Shown one piece after another: positions 23,561 through 31,789 of a DNA stretch of 31,789 nucleotides. This DNA comes from Octopus sinensis (Eukaryota), in NCBI RefSeq assembly GCF_006345805.1, contig NW_021832317.1, positions 1-31,789 of the forward strand, in the 5' to 3' direction. Position 1 is the first letter of the stretch. Each line of letters starts with the position of its first letter. Position numbers and translations under genes: made by a program. Below the pieces are notes generated by a model. That model had not been told where the DNA came from, searched no databases, and saw nothing but the letters and a program-made list of their open reading frames with translations.

Positions 23561-24495
23561 GATTTAGAAAAACAATTAACTAAAGTTTCGCGTATCATGT
23601 CATCCAGATTGCCAAGTCAGCAAAACTTTCGGTTAGTAAATCTTAGAAAGTATTAAATGTAATAAATGGTTCAATATTTGTAACTACAACAAGCTGATTT
23701 CTTAGTCTGTAGTGACATGAGTTTACGAGACAGGGAAGCCTTTTAGGTTGTGATTAGATCTGCTACATATAAAGACTGTATCATCTTCAAATATCAAGCC
23801 ATGCCGTCTAAGAAAACGGAAGAACATATAAGTTAATTTACTCCTATATACACTTGAGGTTAGTTAGGGCGTTGTCAAAATGTCTGTTTCATTTCAGAGT
23901 TGATGTAGTACACTAGCAATACTAACAAGAACAAAAATAACCATAATAACAACTACAAAAACAACAACAACAACGTTTTAGTATTTCACTTACATTTATT
24001 CCAATTTTAATCTCATAAACTATCGGCGGCAAAGAAGAAAATAGAAATAAAAATATCAAACAAAATCAAACAAGATAAAAATATGGAAAAAGTAAGGAAA
24101 GCCAGAATCTATTTTATAATTTCCCATCTTGAGACTAACTGACTTCCGTATTTATATATATAGTTTTATATATATTCTAATGATTTTTTTTATGAGGGTA
24201 TAAACATAATGAATTTGGCAAATGAATCTCACTTGGAGTTGAGGAAAATGCAAAAAATAAAATAAAATAAAATAATAATAATAATAATAATGATAATAGT
24301 AAAGTCATTCGATCTCATAGTTCGAAGTATTTCGTATTTCAAGATAGATGACTGGTTTGGGAGAAGATTTGACGGGAAAATTTTGTTTTCGTTATTGTGG
24401 GATATTTACATTTTTCTTCCAAATAAACGATTTTATTGCCATATAATAAAATAAAAAGAAGTAAATAAATACATAAATTATAAAATAAGAATAAT

Positions 24496-24618
24496 ACCAC
24501 CACCACCACCACCACCGCTGCAACTACAACAGCAACAACAACAACAACTACTACTACTACTACTACTACTGATGATGATGATGATGATGACAATGACAAT
24601 CATGATGATTATGATGAT
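24496..24618. repeat. Chain of trinucleotide repeats (CCA, CAA, CTA, GAT)
   Basis: Direct reading. Confidence 0.9.
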
Positions 24619-24817
24619 ACAATAAAAATAACAAAAGGAAGAAAATTTTCTTTTATTGCCATCAGGGCGCGTACAAATAAAAAATGTAAAAAACGTGAAG
24701 ATGCTACAAAAACCTAGAAATATCGAAAATAATGTGTCGGCAACACCAGATGGTTTACAACATAATAAAACGTATTTATTTTTATACATATAGAAATAAA
24801 AAAAAATGTGTATATAA

Positions 24818-25080
<263 letters not shown>

Positions 25081-25084
25081 TGTA

Positions 25085-25800
25085 TACATCATATGTAAGA
25101 AAAATTCGAAACTTGGCGTATAATAGATGCAGACAGTAAGTGCTTAGAAAGGGAGCATGTACTGAAACTCTAATGTCGAGCGAAGGAATACAGAATCAGT
25201 GCAAATAGAAGATGGCTACAGGTAAGGTATCAGTCGGGCTGTTTTCCCACCACCACCATAGGATATTCGAAAAATCCAGTCAGTAGCTACGAGCCAGCTG
25301 GAAGCAATTGAGCCGGTTTGTGAGCTCTCATATCGGCTGCTTCCAACCTATTTAAGCGTGCGCCCAAGATAGCGTTCCAGTCGCCGACTAGCACTAAAGA
25401 CCGAGACGTCTCAAGGAAAACATCGAACGTCTGAGGAATGTTCTCTGCCTTCACTCCTGTTCAGGTGTCCACAGCAACGAGTCTAAAAGCACTACCTTCG
25501 CTAACGCACGTATTCAGGACCACCATCTGGGTCTATGCATTTAAACAGCGCTTCCACTCCACCTCACATTCGATGTTCACTAAGAGATGAGTAGATATCA
25601 AAATAGGGTTAGATCGTGTGTGTCGGAAATCCTGCTCTCACGTGCGATCGTCACCTCCATAGTTAGAGACCTGAAGTCGTTGAGCAGACGGCCTTGGTTT
25701 CTCGTCGACCCGAATCCACGATGATTGGAAATGGGGAAACAATGGGTGCCGCTAGAAGTCAGGTGTTTCAAATTCCATACTTTGTTGAGGTTCATTTGGA
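25085..25800 (-). mobile_element. L1/Tx1-clade ORF2 APE endonuclease fragment
   Basis: NHRGFGSTRNQGRLLNDFRSL..ESR, SAFRLVAV, RSLVLVGDWNAIL, FQLARSY*LDF, spread over frames. Confidence 0.8.
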
Positions 25801-25875
25801 GCCCTTAAAACCTAGTCATGGCTTTACATTAGGGGTTCCCAAGTCGTGAGGGAAGCGCTTCCTAATGTTTTCATA

Positions 25876-26051
25876 GGCGCAAATGTGACGTGTGGTAAGA
25901 AGCTTGCTTCCCAACCATATGGTTCCGGGTTCAGTCCCCTTGCGTGGCACGTTGGGCAAGTGTCTTTTTCTATAGCCACGGACCGACCCAAACGTTGTAA
26001 GTGGATTTGGTAGTCGGAAACTGAAAGGAGCCCGTCGGATATATTTGTATG

Positions 26052-26091
<40 letters not shown>
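25876..26091 (+). mobile_element. SINE-A 5' half (interrupted)
   Basis: Head, B-box GGTTCAGTCCC, body, then (TA)n. Confidence 0.88.
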
Positions 26092-26102
<11 letters not shown>

Positions 26103-26990
26103 ACAGTAAAAAATAAATACAGACATGGACAAGACATGAAACACCAAAGAGACGACACAAGAACCACAGGACGGGACATTCGAAGCCCTCAGTCATCAGT
26201 CAAGAACCAGATCATCTTCGCAATTTCGGCTGATTAATCTTGAGATTGCTCCGATCTGGGCAGCCCCCAAAGGAAAATCTAAGCCAAGCGCATTAGATCC
26301 CTTGGAAGAAAGCTTCGAATGTATACAACACGAGGACGGAAAACGAACGAAGTACACGAACAAAAATACAGAATACGTGACACCAATAAGAATACAAAAA
26401 CGTAAAAACAATAACGGTAAAGATAAAAAACAAAACAAAACCAGGACGTAGGACAAGGGTCTTTCGACAGGACGAGTTGAGTTGGGGCTGGCTTATGAAG
26501 TAGTGCCTAATGGCCGCAGGGAGACGAACAAATACGTGTTGCTTCGACGACTGCTGGAACGAAAAGGGCGCCCAGCAGTGGCTAGCGGTCACGTGAGAAC
26601 AAAAGACAGGAGAAAGGGACAGATGAAGAGAGAGAGAAGGTGGACGAGGGAGGAGAAGAAAGAGACAGATCGAGGGGACTGGAGGTGAGAGAGATAGAGA
26701 AACGTAGAAGGGGGGACGGATGGAGAGGGAAAGAAAGGAAGGGGAATAAGGGAGGAGAGAGAGAGAGAGAGAAAGAGACAGATCAAGAGTCGTATCAATG
26801 CTAGAGAAAAAATATACTTATCGTATAAGGACAATTGTGGATACGTAGCCGCCGATTATATATGAAAACAGTAAAAAATAAATACAGACATGGACAAGAA
26901 CATGAAACACCAAAGAGACGACACAAGAACCACAGGACGGGACATTCGAAGCCCTCAGTCATCAGTCAAGAACCAGATCATCTTCGCAAT
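26092..26990. mobile_element. Non-coding element with direct terminal repeats (Penelope-like pseudo-LTR or TRIM-like)
   Basis: 26092-26224 and 26857-26990 are identical except one extra A; the element splits a SINE-A in its internal microsatellite; no TG..CA ends; no credible ORF. Confidence 0.8.
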
Positions 26991-27212
26991 GTATATATGT
27001 ATGTGTGCGTGCGTGTGTGTGTGTTTGTGTAGGTTCCCCCATCACCGTTTGACAACCGGTGTTGATGTGTTTACGTCTTCGAAATATAGCGGTTCGGCAA
27101 AGGAAATCGATAGAATAAGTACTAGGCTTCAGTCGATTTGTTCGATTAAAACCCCCTTCAAAGCGGTGCTCCAGCATGGTCGCAGTCAAATGACTGCAAC
27201 AAGTAAAAGGAA
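26991..27212 (+). mobile_element. SINE-A 3' half (interrupted)
   Basis: Resumes with the TG repeat, GACAACCGGTG, GATAGAATAAGTACTAGG and tail GCGGTGCTCCAGCATGG..CAAGTAAAAG. Confidence 0.88.
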
Positions 27213-27312
27213 AATAAGAATTAAAAAAAAATGTTTCTAACGGCATACGCACAATCATCAGTGTTTCTGGCACTTGAACGGTGCTCTGTGCCGAAGAACT
27301 CATCCTCTCTGT

Positions 27313-27337
27313 TTCCTTCTTTCCTTCTTTCTTTAAT

Positions 27338-27408
<71 letters not shown>

Positions 27409-27429
27409 ATCTTTCTTTCTTTCTTTCTT

Positions 27430-27465
<36 letters not shown>

Positions 27466-27611
27466 CTTTATATTCTACTTTTTTCTTTCTTTCTTTCTTT
27501 CTATCTTTCTTTCTTTCTTTCTATCTTTCTTTCTTTTCTTTCTTTCTTTCTTTCTTTCTATCTATCTATCTATCTTTGTTTGTTTGTTTGTTTGTTTGTT
27601 TCTTTCTTCTT

Positions 27612-27645
<34 letters not shown>

Positions 27646-27691
27646 CTTCTTTCTTTCTTTCTATCTAACTTTCTTTCTTTCTTTCTTCTCC

Positions 27692-27727
<36 letters not shown>

Positions 27728-27739
27728 TTCTCTTTCTCT
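27313..27739. repeat. (TTTC)n with TCTA, TTTG and CT segments
   Basis: Direct reading. Confidence 0.95.
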
Positions 27740-28117
27740 GATGTCCCATCTTCGTATCATGTAAGCCATCAATTCACTGTTTTTAGCAGCCGTTGCTGCA
27801 AATGCATTGATATTGTTGTCGATGTCGTTATTGTTATTGGCGTTGGAAATATTGCTGCCACGGCTACTGCCACTTTTCTAACATACGTTCTTTCCTTCTA
27901 TCATACTTATTGCTGGTGCAAAGGGGCACAAACAAAGTAAGAAGCCAACCAGTCCTATGCAAACCTGGTGATGTCAACAAACGTTTTGTAACAAGATTTT
28001 AAAAAATAACAACTTTTGGAGACAAAAAAACAACAAAAAAACGATTGTTTCATTTTACTTCTATGACTGTAACATTATATTCTTGCTCTTCCTGCTCCTC
28101 CTGCCCCTCATGCAGCT

Positions 28118-28456
28118 CATTATGATTATCGCCGTCGTCGTCGTCGTCATCGCCGATGTCATAATTGTTGCCGTTACAATTACCGCCATCATTCTTATCA
28201 TTGGGTATTCATGATTTTCAACGGAGCTGGCACTTCTAACATCATCATCATCATCGTCATCGTCATCGTCGTCATCATCATCACCATCATCATCATCACC
28301 CTCATCATCATGACCATCATGATCATGACCATCATGATCATCATTATCATCATCATCATAATTATCATCACCATTATCATCGTCGTCGTCATCTCCATCA
28401 TCGACATCGATGTTGTCATCAACATCATTATCATTATCATCGTTGCTATCATCATC

Positions 28457-28489
<33 letters not shown>

Positions 28490-28560
28490 GTCATCACCAT
28501 CATCATCATCAACATCACCATCATTTTCATCGCCGTCATCACCATCCTCCTCTCCAGCAT
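28118..28560. repeat. Cryptic (CAT)n/(CGT)n trinucleotide field
   Basis: Direct reading; yields poly-I and poly-M pseudo-ORFs. Confidence 0.9.
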
Positions 28561-29078
28561 CGCGAATATTTCTTCATTAAATTTATTTGTCTCTTATAAA
28601 ACACAAAATTTTATTATAATCGATCGAAAAAGAAAACATTTTCCGACGAAGAATAATTTGAAGGAAATTTAAAAAGAAATTTTGAAAAGAAGAGAGAAAG
28701 AAAAGAAACAAGGTAAATGTAGAAAATGGCTCAGTAGAAAGAGAGAAGGGAAGAAACAAAAGGTAGATATACAGTGAGTGGGAGATACAATGAAAGAGAA
28801 AGAGTGAGAGAGTAAAAGGGAGAATCAGCGAGAGAGAGAGAGTGAAAGGGAGAGAGAGTGGGAGATGGAGGAAGATGTATATATATATGTATTTGTGTAG
28901 ACAGGTAGATAGAGATAGATAGATAGGGAGAGGGAGGGAGAAGTGATAATTGAAAAGAAGGAAGAATAAGGTGAAAATGTAACAAAAGTATAAGTTCAGT
29001 ATATTTTTGTGTATATGCAAATAGACATGTATGCGTTGTGTGTGTGTGTGTATAAGTAACAGGGTAATTGATAATATT

Positions 29079-29139
<61 letters not shown>

Positions 29140-29226
29140 TTATCTATCTATCTATCTGTATATATATCTATATATATATACACCAATGCAAATATATATA
29201 TGTATATATATATATATAATATATAT

Positions 29227-29263
<37 letters not shown>

Positions 29264-29517
29264 TGTACATATATAATAAAATCATATTACAATTTATTAT
29301 ATACAAAGACTTAATAGTTCTGTACTGTATATATTTATGGCTAATAAATATATTGAATATTTTCAAATCACCCCTCTTAACAAAGAAAAAAACGCATATA
29401 TATAAATGTGTGTGTGTCTATGTATATATATGTATGTGTTTGTGTGTGTGTATGTGTGTGTGCGTGTGTGTGTGTCTATGTATATATATGTATGTGTTTG
29501 CGTGTGTGTGTGTGTGT

Positions 29518-29565
<48 letters not shown>

Positions 29566-29570
29566 ATATA
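29079..29570. repeat. (TCTA)n, (TA)n and (TG)n cluster
   Basis: Direct reading. Confidence 0.9.
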
Positions 29571-30119
29571 TGGCTAATTTATTGAATTTTTTCAGTTTTT
29601 CTTTCTTGAAAGAAAGACAAATACACACACGTACACACCACCACACACGTATATATATATATATATATATATCCATACATACATATGTGTATGTAAATGC
29701 ATCTATGTACGTACATTTCTTTTTAGTGTAGTGGAGCATTGTACTACTTTCAAGAGTAAATAACTGTGCGTATTCAAGAAAAAGAATCAAAGCAGGTATA
29801 AGGACGAGATATGTATGTAAATGTTTTATAGAGAACATAAGAGTACAAAGATAAGTTAAACAAATGAAATTTGAAGAAGCCGAAATATTAGAACGGTATG
29901 AGAAAAGGTCGAGTAGCATCAATTAAAATGTTTATAAAGAAATACATAAATTATGATAGAAAAAAATAGAAAAAATAAATTGATTTCTACATTAATTTGT
30001 TTAGAGAAACTGAAGAGAGAAAAAATATAGAGGGAGACAAAATGAGACCGGAAAGAGATTTTATCAAAATAAATATGTTTCTCTAAATATTTGGCTAGAA
30101 CACAAACACGCTCATAAAT

Positions 30120-30316
30120 AATAATATAAACAAAATCAACAATAATAATAATAATATAATAATAATGATGATGACGACGACGACAAAAGATGATGATGAT
30201 AATGACAATAATAATAATAATAATATAATAATAATAATAATAATAATAATGATAATAATAATAATAATAAAATTAAAATAATAATAATAATAGTAATAAT
30301 AATAATAATAATAATA

Positions 30317-30352
<36 letters not shown>

Positions 30353-30363
30353 TAATAATAATA
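30120..30363. repeat. (TAA)n/(GAT)n
   Basis: Direct reading. Confidence 0.95.
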
Positions 30364-30610
30364 ATCGATGGATATGACAGGTTAGCTTGGGTGGTTAAGC
30401 AGTTGTGGTCGATGAAAAAGGTGGTAGTAGTACAAATAATTGTCGGAGCACTGGGAACAGTGAGTAAAAATCTTGAGAAGTACATGAAACAAATAGGGGC
30501 TGTAATAAGGTTGGAGCACTTGCAAAAAACTGCACTGCTTGGAATCGCTCGAATACTCTCGAAGGTTACCTAAGTATTACATCACCAGCGTTAGAAGCTG
30601 TGCAAAGGCA
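30364..30610 (+). mobile_element. R4/Dong-clade copy 4, 3' end only
   Basis: YDRLAWVVKQLWSMKKVVVVQIIVGALGTVSKNLEKYMKQIG..LQKTALLGIARILSKV*; TAA/TGA repeats on both sides. Confidence 0.88.
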
Positions 30611-30697
<87 letters not shown>

Positions 30698-30724
30698 TTA
30701 ATAATAATGATGATGATGAGGATA
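30611..30724. repeat. (TGA)n/(TAA)n
   Basis: Direct reading. Confidence 0.95.
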
Positions 30725-30879
30725 ATAAAGGTTTACATTTAGAAAAACATTATGAACAGCACAGGACAAAATAAAGAATGTGTGTGTGTGTATGTGTGTG
30801 AGTGTGTGTTGTGAGGGTTTTGTGTGTAGACAACACTAACAAAACTTTAAAAAAATTAACAATGTCTGATCCGCAATAG

Positions 30880-31290
30880 GGAGGAGACTTCGAGAGCTGC
30901 TCGTGGAAATATCGCATAAAAAACCATGGGTATCCTGACATTTGGGGCAAGAGTTTTTTTCTTTACTTTTTTCCAACGACAGGCGTTCGCTCAGTGCAGC
31001 CCCTTTCACTTGCACCATTCTCGCTACTTTCATCCACCTTTCAGCAAACTGGTTAGAAGACAACACTTTCCTCTCTACCCTTGTTTTCGTTTCCAAGTGA
31101 AATTTGAAGAAGTTCATTTGGGATTGGGTATAGAGAAAAGAGTTTGTCATGAGGAAAAATGTTGGTCCATCTGGAGGTCCGTACAGAACCAGATCCCGAA
31201 CAATGTAACCGGTCTGTCCGTTCAACGGCCAATGACAGAGTTGGACGGCATGGATTTGCTTCTCCAGGTGCCGAGCCGCAAGCCCCATGA
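30880..31290 (-). mobile_element. L1/Tx1-clade ORF2 C-terminus and 3' UTR
   Basis: FLYTQSQMNFFKFHLETKTRVERKVL aligns with FISGHDSRSFFTFHLKRKVWLEKRIF of the 10530-11065 fragment. Confidence 0.7.
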
Positions 31291-31789
31291 TTTTATTGCC
31301 CACAAGGGGCTAAACATAGAGAGGACAAACAAGGACAGACAAACGGATTAAGTCGATTATATCGACCTCAGTGCGTAACTGGTACTTCATTTATCGACGC
31401 CGAAAGAATGAAAGGCAAAGTCGACCTCGGCGGAATTTGAACTCCGAACGTAACGACAGACGAAATACCTATTTCTTTACTACCCACAAGGGGTTGAACA
31501 CAGAGAGGACAAACGAGGACAGACAAGCGGATTAAGTCGATTATATCGACCCCAGTGCATAACTAGTACTTAATTTATCGACCCCGAAATAATGAAAGGC
31601 AAAGTCGACCTCGGCGGAATTTGAACTCCGAACGCAACGGCAGACAAAATACCTATTTTTTTACTACCCACAAGGGGCTAAACATAGAGGGGACAAACAA
31701 GGACAGACAAACGGATTAAGTCGATTATATCGACCCCAGTGCATAATTAGTACTTAATTTATCAACCCCGAAAGGACAAAAGGAAAAGT
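31291..31789 (-). repeat. Tandem array of headless SINE-B monomers, 184-bp period
   Basis: Units start at about 31284-31291, 31468 and 31652; runs off the window end. Confidence 0.92.

Noticed and set aside
29720-29900. Exon-like segments with AG/GT boundaries
   Set aside because: Stops in all three frames between the candidate splice sites.
30926-31351. 141-aa plus-strand ORF
   Set aside because: Antisense frame of the L1/Tx1 fragment running into SINE-B.

Overview
Eukaryotic, AT-rich, repeat-saturated non-coding DNA with no intact host gene, RNA gene or CRISPR array that I can support. The repeat families and microsatellite density look like a coleoid cephalopod, most likely Octopus; this is recognition from memory, not a database result. 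Most ORFs in the supplied track are microsatellite translations or antisense frames of retroelements. Contents: (1) about 25 copies or fragments of three tRNA-derived SINE families, labelled SINE-A, -B and -C here, three with clear TSDs; (2) fragments of four LINE groups: R4/Dong-type with a restriction-like endonuclease (four copies, all in TAA context), L1/Tx1, CR1-group and RTE; (3) DNA-transposon derivatives: a 432-bp MITE with 29-bp TIRs and an 8-bp TSD, a deleted mariner, Tigger-like ends and a possible Helentron end; (4) a young 899-bp non-coding element with near-identical 133/134-bp direct terminal repeats; (5) an old ~80-bp minisatellite and many microsatellites; (6) a speculative decayed GPCR. 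Best leads: the nest of divergent Dong-like elements in TAA repeats (14.7-17.4 kb), the direct-repeat element (Penelope-like or retrozyme candidate), the Merlin-type MITE, a LINE 3' end matching the SINE-A tail, and a 184-bp SINE-B tandem array. Boundaries without a TSD or TIR are approximate, and identities were judged by eye.
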